From Entomortierella parvispora E1425 (taxonomy: Eukaryota; Fungi; Mortierellomycota), in assembly GCA_020891255.1 (NCBI GenBank), contig BQFW01000002.1:1798001-1862000 (forward strand): 64,000 nt of DNA, written 5' to 3'. A model generated the notes under the pieces. The model saw only the letters and a program-made list of their open reading frames with translations. It had not been told where the DNA came from and ran no database searches. Below are positions 22,773-34,296 of the stretch, piece after piece. Every line of letters starts with the position of its first letter. Within the stretch, counting starts at the first letter, position 1. The position numbers were made by a program, and so were the translations under genes.

Positions 22773-24913
22773 ATGGACATGTTCAACACCGACAGTGGAT
22801 TCCGTCCACCTTCGCCTCTCTCGTTCAACGCGTCCGTCCCTGGACTGTTTGATAAGCCAACGAGCTACTCAGGTAAGCATGCAACTTGTCTTTGCTGTTA
22901 TTTTTAAAATCTCTTCTGTCCTTTTTCGCCGTTCATTGCTTTGCTCGCTCTCTTTTTTTCTCTTGATCGATATTTCGATTTAATTCAATGAAACGCGACT
23001 CTCCGAAGGGAAATTGTGATGATAATAATAATCCCACAATGAGCTTTTCTGGGACGCGTTTCGGTGGTTTTCTTTCTTTTCTTTCTGGTGATCGTTGGTC
23101 TACCTTCAAATAACTCACCCTTCTCTACGCTTTCTTCCTTTCTTTTCCTTTCCTTCTCTACAAAAACAAACAAACAAACACAAAAAAAGGTCTCTTTTCT
23201 TCCCCTTCCACAGTCATTTCATCTTGCACTAGTGCGCCTGCTCTATCCGCAACCTCAGCCCCTCAGCCAGACCAATCCATGATGGCTCTGCTCATGAGCA
23301 ACGCAGGAGGAGGCCCTCAAGATGGCCTTTTCAACCCTTCAGAACAACGCTATTTCTCAGAGTTCTTGGACACGCTGGTCGTTGATCAGAACTTTGCCTT
23401 TGATCCCAACATGATTCCCACTCTCCCTACTCTTCCGAGTCTGCCCTTGTACGCTTTGCCCAGTCATGAACAGCAGCATCCCTCGCATCCCTCCTTGGAG
23501 ACACCAAAGTACCCTCCCTCATTGGACTATGACCAAAGTCCAACCTCGACCACCTCCTCCAATTCGTCAGGTCCACTGTATGATTCCGGTATCGTGCTTC
23601 CTTCGCAGGGCGACAGGAATGGATTATTTTATTCTTCTCTGTACGCTGCAGCCTCCTTGCCCATCAAACGGAGAATGAACATTGGAGCTTCCACAGAGGA
23701 GGAGGGCCAAGATCTTGTGGCCATCAGTCGAGTCGGAACACCTTCTTTGGACCCCATGTCCTACCAAAAGGAAACCACACACAAAATGTCCAAGTTGACC
23801 TTGGAGCAAAAAGTCGGCAATGGCCATCACAACCGTGAGGATTCCTCTTTAGACAACCCAGACCAACCGCAACGGGTTTCACCTCCTCCACCCCTTCCTA
23901 CCCCACCTCTTCCTCGCTATGGTACGCCTCGACCTGTGCTGGCCTCACATCGGTCCATGTCTAGCTCTTCACAGCCTCGCACGCGATCAAACTCGCAACC
24001 TCAACCGAGATCGAGCCTTCCTTCTCAGATTCCGCCACCAGTGCCTTCAATGATGCACTCTTATGGCAATAATGACTACAGCAATGGCCACAGTGAGTAC
24101 GAATACGAGTACGCATCCGATACACCTCTGCATCTTCGTCAACATCGACCCCGTCGCCCCATACAATCAAACAGCGACGGTAAAGCCAATGATCCTAGCA
24201 ACAACAACAACACCAGCAGTAGTACCAACGCGACGCCATCTTTGAATGGTACAATTAAACGTAAACCCTACAAGGAGCTGCTGACGGAGGAAGAGAAGCG
24301 CGCCAACCATATAGCATCTGAACAAAAGCGACGCAACACAATCCGGAATGGGTTCAGGGACATGACCGATATTATACCCGACCTCAAGGATCTCAACAGT
24401 TCCAAATCCACCATCTTGTTCAAGGCCGTTGATTTCATTCATACTCTCGAGAAGCGAAATCGAATGTTGAAACGCAGGGCCGACAAGCTGGAGTCTAGAC
24501 TCAAGATCAAACAACAGCATCAGCAATTGCAAGAGCAGCATTCGCAGCACTCATATCAGCATCCACATCCTCAACAGCAACAACAACAACAACAACAACA
24601 ACAACAGCAGCACTTTCAGCAGAGCCATTATTCCTTATTGCAGCATCAAGATCTGAGCCCCCGATCACCATCCTCACCTCCACCGCCTCTTCCCAGCGGC
24701 TCCCCTGAACAACATTCGCCGCTCAGGACAGGGTCCAAACAGAGCTATTCTCAAAATTACACTACTGTCAAACAAGAGCCCTATAGCCCGTACGCTCGAC
24801 CAGGTGCTCAACAACTGCAGACACCACCTCATCAAAATCAAAGGCAGTTACAACCTAGTTATCATCCCTCCGATCGGCTACAGGACATTCCCCATCTCTA
24901 CCCTGTACGATGA
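22773..24913 (+). CDS. bHLH-ZIP transcription factor (Mlx/Max/Ino4-like)
   Basis: Exon 1 is 22773-22872 and the intron 22873-23213, in frame with ORF 23279. Motif LLTEEEKRANHIASEQKRRNTIRNGFRDMTDIIPDL...SKSTILFKAVDFIHTLEKRN. Confidence 0.88.
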
Positions 24914-25191
24914 GGTGCGGCCTCTTCTAGACCCCCTCACATAATACCCCGAAAATAATTTTTTTTCAAGGCGATCGATCGATCGAAAAAAAAAAAAAAA
25001 AAAGAAAAAAAAAATTCATGATATATTTACATGGTCGGGTGTGAGGAAGAGCCTTTTTTGAGCTCGAGTGAAAGGGTTGGGTTGCAGAGGAGGATGGCAT
25101 AAGGAAGGATAGCATAAAAAAACAAGCGTCAAAAGAAACAGGCGGTGTAAGAACAAAAAAATAAAAAAATAACATGGAACATGTATAGGCT

Positions 25192-28038
25192 TTAGGCGCG
25201 ACTCCTCCTACGCGACCAGTCGTCCGGGCGTCCTGAGGTCATGGGTCTATCAGGAGGTCCTCCTCCACGACCCCCACCGCCACCACCTCCAAAGCCCGAC
25301 CGCCCCGGTTGCATCATGCCTCGGGCATGGTTCATCTGCATCATATTCCGATTAAAGGGCATGCCGCGCACAGGGGGTCCTCCTGGGCCTCCCATGACTG
25401 ACATTGGGGGAGGAGGTCCATGATGGTAGCCACCACCACGACCTGCACTTGGACCATCGGGCGCAAAGAATCCACCTCGACCGCCACCGCCACCGCTTCT
25501 GGGACCATTTCCATTGATGCCGTTGGAACTGCCAAATCCGATCCTGGTGGGTGGAATAGACGGTCCATGACCAGATGAAGAAGAGTAGTTGGACATAGAG
25601 TTGGGTCCAGAGCCTTTGGGCTTGTTGATGTTGCCATTACTGTTCCCGCCCCGCTGTGAGTAGCCCTCAGATGAGTCGTTGTAGTAACTATCTCTTCCAC
25701 CAGAATTCCTACTGGCAGCTGGTCCTGTGGGGGGAGCCAACGACGTCGGTGAAGTAGAAGACGACATCATCGACGAAGGTCCGTTAGAGTAGCGCGAGTT
25801 GGTAGGTCTTTCTGGAAGTCCATTAGCATGATGTTGGTAGTTGCTTCCTCCAGATGTATGGCGGCCATGAGGGGCGCCAGAGGGTCCCATGTACTCCGCC
25901 CGCGGATACTTTGTTGGTCCATCCGAGCTCCCACCAAAAGGTCCTGCGCCTCGATGCATGCTGCCTTCCGATATGGATGGTCCTCCTGGAGGAGATACAC
26001 TCCGTTGGCGCTTTGTTTTATGAGAGGGGGTAGGGATCGAGGGCATGGCAAAGCTGGTTGGCGTTGAAGAAGTCGAGGAGGCAGAGGAAGCAGAATTACT
26101 CATTGGCTTTCTTGGTATCTCCAAGTTCAGTTTTGATCTGTCAATGAACCGATCATAATCCCGCCTGCAAAAATATTCAAAGGAAAGAGAGGACTCGTCA
26201 GCAGCCATACTTTGAACGAGGTGAAAGCGAATGCAGGAGAATCCTGTTCTGCATACCTTCTTCCGCCGAGTTGCCTTGGTGTTTGATCAGATATCCGGTC
26301 ATGGTCTTGCTGGTATGGTCTTCTAGAGTCCAGATTTGACGAAATATGACTCAACACGCGGTCCTTACGTTTTTCTTCTACTGATGATGGTGGATATTTT
26401 GAGTTCATGTGCTCCATTGTCCGTGGAGGGAGTTGTGCCGAAGCAGGTCCAGAAGGGATCGGGTGTTCAGCCGACATTGACAAGGGTGCCGTCGGCGGTG
26501 GTGTCGTTTCAGATGGAAGAGTCAGTGGGAGCGTGGAAACAGCAGCAGCAGCGGCAGAAGCGGCGGCGGCAGCGGCGGCCGCTGTAGCGACCTCCTTCTT
26601 TTGCAATGCTTCCCGGAAAAGCGCAAACAGCCGACTCTTCTCCTTCCTCAATCCGTCCAGTTTTTCAAGAATTTCCAGCTCAACCGGATCGGGTCCTGCA
26701 GGCGTTGTGTCCCCTGCAGCCTCAAGGGCAGCAACACCCGCAACTACACTTGGTTCCCGTTCTTGGGATTTCTGTTTTGTTGGTACAGGAGCGGTCGTTT
26801 CCGTCGTTGTTGTTGCAGTTGCGACTGAAATGGCATCGACCCCTATCAGGGAGTGAGCGCCGTGTTTGTCGCCCTTGCCATTTGCTTGCAGGTTGTTTTC
26901 GGGTACAGCCTCAGAATCCTCCACTACAGACACTGCATCCGATGGCGAGCCACTCGTTTGTCGAAGATATTCAGTTTTCCACCGGCTCTTGGCATTCATA
27001 AGTCCTGATCCTGGTGATACTACGACGACCCCCTTGCTGTTTTCATGATCATGATGTTTGTGGCGGTGATGATGGTGGTGATGATGGTGGTGATGGCTTT
27101 GAGACTTCCTTGACGGTGACGCAGTCGCAGAGCGAGAGGCCGAGGCTAGTACGTAGAAGGTGGAGGTTGAGAGTACACACAAGGAGGAACGGTGAGTAAA
27201 ACAAGAGCGACAGTACAAAGGGCGCCTTTTGAGCCATCTTCAAAAAAAAAAAAAGGTCTACCCTATCAACAAACAAACAAACAAAAAAAAAAAAAAACCA
27301 ACGAGCGAGGGAGAGAGCACTTTTCTCCCTCCTCTCCCTCCTCTCTTTCTCGTCTTTGCCTTCTTAGGGCGCAACGGATCGCTGGCCCTTTGGCTCTCGT
27401 GCATTCATTCATTCGCCACTCTAGTCACCCTCCGCTCTCGGATGTTTTTTGTTTTATTCTCTTTCTCTTTGTCCTTTTGCCATGATGGGCGTTGAGAAGG
27501 GGCCTGGATTGGCATAATAGTAAAAGCCCCCTCTCCCGACCAACCCTCGACATATTGTAAACCCTTGCAACCCCCTCTCTCTTCACCACCTCATTCCTAT
27601 CAAGGACAGATTGGCAGCATGGTTCTCTTGTTTTTTGCTGCATATTCATATCAAATTTGATTAGATCGGTCATGCCTGTTGCACACATCAACATCTTTTC
27701 TTTGACCCCGGGGGGGTGTTTGTTCGCCTTTTGTCCAGCTTCCACTCACGGCTCATTAAATAGGGATTTCCCCAAACAAATGAAAAAGGCTGTTCCGTTG
27801 AAGATTGCAAGTGGTGGAGAACATCGAGTCAGAGTCGGTGGGGTGTATCCTGTTGCATACCTTTCCTGGCTGCAGCGCCAGTGGAAACTATCTTGGGTGA
27901 GTTTTCGAGAAAAGATTCATCCTCCTCGGTGGAGGCCTCCTCCTCGTCAAGCTCCCGTTGACGCACAATCCGTTTGGCTAGAGCACGACGAATGATCGCA
28001 TTCCGGTCTGGATCCGCTTGGAATTCAAACACGGTCAT
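25192..28038 (-). CDS. Uncharacterised low-complexity protein with two short GPS2-like helical motifs and an RGG-rich tail
   Basis: Exons 28038-27861, 27145-26257 and ~26165-25192, with phases compatible. His tract, coiled coil EILEKLDGLRKEKSRLFALFREAL, and a G/P/S/N/M-rich C-terminus. The gene model is more certain than the family call. Confidence 0.6.
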
Positions 28039-28566
28039 TCAACTGTTTGTGTGATTTGCTGCAAACTGATGCCGATGCCCTTTTTTTTTTTTTTGTTGTG
28101 TCTGTCGAGTGTTTTTTGTTGTCGTGAAAAGGACAGAGCCGTTTGATGCAATGCGATGTGGTGCGATGTGATGCAAATGAGTAGTGGGTCAAGGTTCGAC
28201 GGTGAGGATGGAGGAGTGGGAACGATGAAGGCCGCCGAGAAGCAACTAAAAAAAAACGAGTCGAGCTGATCTTTCTTTTTTTTTTTTTCTCTCTCTTTTT
28301 TTTGATGATGCAGGAATGGAAGGAAGGAGGTGCAGGATCGTGAGAAAGAGGAAAGAGAGATTATAATGAAAGGGGGAAAGAGAGAAGGCGGGAGAGGAAG
28401 GAGTGAAAAGAGAAGAAGGGACCCCGATGGGACTCGACGAGAAGATTGTTCTCAGTCCGTCCTCAGACTGTTCAGTGTGTGCGAGACATTTGAAGAAAGG
28501 GAGTGAGACGGGAGGGCAGCCGACAGTGGCAGGACACCCTGTGACTGTGTGTGTGTTTGTCTGTCG

Positions 28567-28614
<48 letters not shown>
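28567..28614 (+). repeat. (GTCT)12 microsatellite
   Basis: Read directly from the sequence. Confidence 0.97.
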
Positions 28615-29929
28615 CGTTGGATGAAAAATAAAGGGTTCGTTCGTGGTTCGTCCCCTTCTCTTTTCCTCCGTCCCTGCTCTTGTCTTCTCCTCTCCTCTCC
28701 TCTCTCTTTCTCTCTCTCTTTCTTTCACTCTTCTTTCCCTCTTTCTTTCACTCTTCTCTCCCCTTGTTCTTTCGACCTTCGACCCTCGGAAACGTTTTTT
28801 CATTGTTGCTGCTCTGCTGGGATCACCCTTTTTCCCTGTTTCGTGCACACACATCGTCCCGGTCCGTCTTCCCCTCTCCTGCATACGTGTCGCTCCCACA
28901 AACAACAGCTCGCGATCCTGTCCGCTTCACCCTCTATTCGAATTCCCTGCGAGATGATCCGTCCCAAAAAAAAAAGGAAAACATCCCCCCTGGAACAGTG
29001 TCGTTATCATTTTTTTGACGTTGTTGTTGTCGTTGTTTTGTTCGCCGCCCTTTGACACATTCACGGGTCAGTGCGGTTCTGTTCTGTTGCACTGTTGCCA
29101 ACGCTTGCCCGCTGACTCATTCGCAAGCTCTTCACCGTAAAAAATTATCACCTGTGTCGCCTCAACTGCACCCTGATGGACTGGTCCCAACATGCAACAT
29201 GCAACAAAAAAAAAAAAAAAAGTTGATTCATCGCGAGTTTTCGCGTTTTTATTTTTTTTTTATTTTGTGTTACTAAAATGGCCAAGTCCCATTTTTCATT
29301 TCATTTTGTTTTTTTTTCCCGCCAAAAAGCAAAGTAGAAAAAAGGTTGCGTCCCCACTCACATGTGCTCGCTCAACTGAGGTACCTCGCTTGAAATATAG
29401 TCGGGAGCTCTCGTCAGAGCTGCGACTCTGTTGGTTGCCGCGGTCGTCATGCTTTCGACTGATTCTGGACGATATCAACCCTTTTATGATACCCTGGCAA
29501 TATCTCTGCTCATCATTATCAATTCTCCTATGGATGATGGCCAGCAACAAAGACATCAAACGCTTCATGCCAAAACAAAATAGAGTCGGGGTGATAGAGA
29601 ATCCACTTCTCAGCAACCTCACGCGAGTCCATGAGATCAGTTGACTCTTTTTGTACTGATGAAATGGATCAAAATACGGAGATCGGCTAATCTCTGATCA
29701 AACACTCTCAACAAAACGCAACTTTTGCAATGACATTCGCCTTCGCATTTAGCAAACGAGCCCTTGGACAAATAAAGACAAAAACTACTGCTTTTATATT
29801 ACGATGCGTGGAAAAGGACTATATCTACATACAAATCTTAGGAAATAAGGGAAATGCAAAATGCGGGTGTGTGTGCAAGAGTGAGGGGGATAAATAAACA
29901 AGAGATAGGATAGGCGACTAGGAAAGAAT

Positions 29930-32900
29930 TTAGAATTCCTCCTCAGAGTCGGAAACCTCCTCACCACGCTTCTTGGCAGCAGCACGACGCTTCTGCTTCT
30001 CCTTGAGCTCCTTACGGGACAACTTGCGGGTAGACTTGACCTTCTCGACGTTACCGAAAGCGTCAACCTTGACCTCCTCCTCCTTCATGACGATCTTCTC
30101 TAAGTTCTTCTGAGTGTAGTTGTTACCGGTGACAACGAGCTTACCGGCATCAACGGACCACTTCTCGGTGGTGACGGTGTCAGTGAACTCACGGTTGTGG
30201 GAAATAATGACAACTCCACCTCCGAACTCCTTGATGGCCTCAGACAAGGCACCGAGGGAGTCACGATCCAAGTAGTTGGTAGGCTCGTCGAGAACCAACA
30301 AATGGGGGTTAAGCCACATGGCGGCGGCAAGGACGACCTTGACCTTCTGACCACCGGAAAGACCGCGGATACGGCTGTGGGTGGCGAACTCAGCATCAAG
30401 ACCGAGGTCACCCAAGTGCTTCTCGACCTCAACAGCGGTCAAAGAGCGGGTCCAGGCACCAGCCTTGGCAGCCTCCTTGTCGTCGAAGGCCTGGAGGACC
30501 TTCTCGAAACCCCACTCCTCGAGCTTCTCACGAGCAATCCAGGCGTTGTCCTCATAAGAGCGGCCAACGAACTGAACCTCGTACTCGAAAGAGCGCTTGG
30601 CCTTGCGACGTCCATAGAGATCCTCGATCTGGACCTTCTCGATCTTCTCGTTGATCTCCCACTGGATGAACTTCTTCATCTGGGCCTCCTCCTCGGGCGA
30701 GATCTGGCGAGTGGCCTTGTTGACCATCTCACGATCCTCACCATACTGGTAACGCCAGCGAATGTACTCGTTGGGGGTCTTGTCCAAGTGCTGCTCGACG
30801 TGGTGGAAAGCGTGCTGGGCGACGTAGGCGACACGGACGTTAGGGTGCTTGGTAACAACACCATCGGTGGGGAGAGTCTCACCGGTCAAGACCTTGATGA
30901 GGGTAGACTTTCCGGCACCGTTAGGTCCAATGACAGCAACACGGGAGTTGAGGGAGACCTGGCAAGACATGTTCATGATGGTCAACTTGGAGGCACCAGG
31001 GTAGGCGAAATCGATGTTCTGGAGCTTGACGAGGGCCTTATCCTTGGACTTGACACCATCCAAGAAACCGGGCTCGGGAAGCTTGAAGGCAATGGGGGAA
31101 GCGGATAACTCGTAGTAAGACTTGCCCTGGGGGTACTGCTCAACGAACTTGGACAAGTTACCCTTGTACTTCTTGAGCTTGCGAGTCTCGTAGTGGATAA
31201 TACCAGTGCAGACAGCATCAAGGAATCCAGAGTCGTGAGAGACGATCATGGAGGTAACGTTGGTCAAGGAGTTGAGGTAGTTCTGCAACCAGGCGACGTT
31301 GGCAACGTCCAAATGGTTGGTGGGCTCATCCAACAACAAAATATCGGCGTTCATCAACATGGCACGGGCCAACTCGAGCTTCATCTTCCAACCACCGGAA
31401 AGAGATCCGACAGCCTGCTCCTGCTTCTCCTTGTCGAAACCGACAGACTCGAGCATGGCAATGACATCAGCACGCTCGAGGTTCTTGATCTTCTCATCAG
31501 CAAAGATGAAAGTGGCGACGGGGAGATCGGCATCCTCAGCCTGGAGGTTGTGCTCAACGAAAACGGTACGGAGCTCATCGGGGGAGGGGAAGCCCTCGAG
31601 CTGACCATCAGCAATGGCGCGCATGAGGGTCGACTTACCGACACCGTTGGGTCCGCAAAGACCGTAACGCTGACCACGACGAAGGTTGAGGCGGGTCTTG
31701 TTCAACAAGATCATACCACCATAGGCGAGAGAGAACTCGCAGTCACAGAGAAGCTCACCCTCCTCAACATCAGCAACAGCAGCGTTGGAAAGGGCGTTCT
31801 TGGCATCGTAATCGACGTAAAAAGCGTTGAGCTCCTCAGCAAGGGTGGTGACCTCGGCATCGGAACCGATGACGGTGAGGTAGGGGACGACGGAAGCAAC
31901 CCAGGCATCCTTCTCAAAGTTGCGGGAGGCAATCAACTCGGCGCAAAGAGTAGAAACGTAAGCGAGGACAGCGGCAGAGAAAGCATCCTCCTTGACGAAG
32001 GTGGCCTTCTCCTTGAGGACCTCGAGAACCTGGGCGGAAGAGACAGTGTAGGCAACAGTGACGACCTGGTCCTTGGAACCGGGCTCACCACCACCGACGC
32101 GAACCAAGGTGGAGCGGGCACGCTCGGCAACGGAGCGGAGCTCGGGGGAAGCACCGATCTCGATCATACGGTCCAAACCGGGCAAAAGCTTGGGCAAGAA
32201 CTGGACGGCGTGAGCGGGGTTCTCGACGAGCTTGCACATGTTGTCGATAATGACAGCGGTCTGACGCTGGATGGAGGGGGTACGCTCAGCAAGACCACGG
32301 ACCAAAAGAGGGCACATGATAGCGAGGGTAGGCTCCTCAACGGTGGTGACGAAGGTGGTGGCAGCAAGCTGGTGAATGCAGTCGGCAGCCTCCTCAGGAC
32401 GGTTGATGCATCCAACCAAGTAGGGGATGGAGGAGATCAAATCGGGGTTACCAACGACGTTGAAGCAGTCAGTGATGGTCTTGGTGGCCTGGTCACGAAC
32501 CTATAGTTTTGGTGGCAAGAGCAGGTCAGAAACAGGTCACGGTCACACGAGGAAAAAAAGAGACTTTCGCCCACTCTGAGTGGACAGGTCGCAACTGCGC
32601 TCTGCGCTTTTGGAGAACAAAGGAAAAAACATACCTCGGGCTTGGAGTCCCACATGGTCTCGCTGACAATGGGAATAATGTCAGAAAGAGCAGACGAGAT
32701 CTGCTGGGGAGCAGTCTGGGTCAATCCAGAGAGAATATCCAAGGCACCGATCTTGGAGTGCCACTTGGACTCCTTGATGGCGTGGAAGATGACAGGCAAC
32801 AAAAGACGGACGGCGTAGCGGGTGGGCAAAGCCATGATAGCCTTGGAGGCAACAGCGGCAGACTCACGGACAACAACCATCTTGTCAGAGTAGAGCTCAA

Positions 32901-33159
32901 AGACCTTGGGCATCTGGGGGATCAAGAAGGGCTCGCCAGCCTGGCCAAAGGCAGTGGCCAAGGAGCCGAGGGCAAGAAGAGCTCCCTCTCGGTGGGGGAC
33001 GGACTTCTTGTTCTCGAGGAGAGGCGAGAGGCTCTCGATAATGGCGACGGACTTGACAAGACCTTCGGACTTGGCGAAGGCAGCAAGGGCGTCAGCAGCG
33101 ACTTGGCGCTGCTCGGTGTTCTCGGCCTTGACGATAGCATCAATAAGAGGGGCGGACAT
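29930..33159 (-). CDS. TEF3: Fungal translation elongation factor 3 (HEAT + two ABC cassettes + chromodomain insert)
   Basis: GQRYGLCGPNGVGKSTL, LSGGWKMKL, LLLDEPTNHLD, GPNGAGKST, LSGGQKVKV and a basic C-terminal tail; one intron at ~32503-32635; strong codon bias. Confidence 0.97.
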
Positions 33160-34296
33160 GCTGGGATATATATGAATGCGGAAAGGAGAGGTGATGGGTT
33201 TGGGGGGTAGGGGGATATAAGGAGAAAAGAGCGGAAGGGTGCGGGTTTTCTTACTCGGGAGGAAGATGGTATGTGGGATTAGGGTAAGAGGAGATGTCCC
33301 AGCTAGTGATGCCGTGAAGGGGAGAGGGGAAAGGGAAAGATCATTCGTCTCCCGAGAAGATGTTCCTTTTATACATGGAGGAAAAAAAAAAAAAAAAAAA
33401 AGTTTTTTTTGTGACCGCTATTTTTTTTTTTCGACGATTGGACTTCATTTTAGCCTGTCTCAAAATAGAGAGGAAGCCATGCGGCAGAAGAGGGGCAGAG
33501 GGGCGACAACGCATACGCTGGGAGAGCAAGAGGACCGAGCGCACGCTACTGCCGAGTGGAGCAACTGGAAAGCCAGAGGAAAGAGAGTTTGATGAGGTGC
33601 AGCTCTACCGCGGCACCAATTGAGGCCGATTGGAGGCTATTGTCAACAAATGCATGCGATGTTTTGCTGCCACCGAACGGCTATTTTGATTTGTGTATGT
33701 TTGTCTCTGGGCCACGTTTTTTTCATTGACCGTTTGGCAAGCACAGACAAAGAGGCTGTTCGGGAGGCAGCGGGTGGGATGATTCTGACGGACTGCAACA
33801 CAATCGATGACGATAACGGAACGTAAGCCCGTCCTTTGTTTATTGTTTGCTTGACACTGCAGCTCTGCAACTCTGTGCACCGCCTGCCCTGACCTGCGGA
33901 TGGACAAACGCCATTCAAACATCAAGACCCCATCATCACAAGCACCCAGAAACAGGCGCAAGCGTCGGAGAGACCCACAACCTTGCCGCAGTCGAGTCTT
34001 ACTCCCACGCTTGGCTCTGATGGGCTGTGTGCGCACTGAGCACCGTGTTTTTCGTACTCCGGTGCCATGCGACCGCCAAGCAGTCTCATCAACGTTTTTT
34101 CTTTATTTTTTTTATTCTTTTTATCTTCGTCAGACCTGTAAGTATGAAAGGAGAACGACGAAAAGGAAGGAACTATATAATAAATAATAATTACAGGGGT
34201 GTTGCTGCTCTTTTTTATCACAAAACAACGGCCAGAAGTGCCAACTTGTTTTTTTAAGAGGGGTAAATGATCCTCGATTAAATTCCTGTTCTTGTT

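Noticed and set aside
29415-29520. Minus-strand ATGATGA ... CTGA pair resembling a C/D snoRNA downstream of eEF3
   Set aside because: There is no adjacent terminal stem and no recognisable rRNA guide; such box pairs arise by chance.
30197-32506. Long antisense ORFs (303 aa and 437 aa) over eEF3, and similar ones over myosin and the hydratase
   Set aside because: These are expected shadows of strong codon bias in highly expressed genes; the translations show no protein-like motifs.
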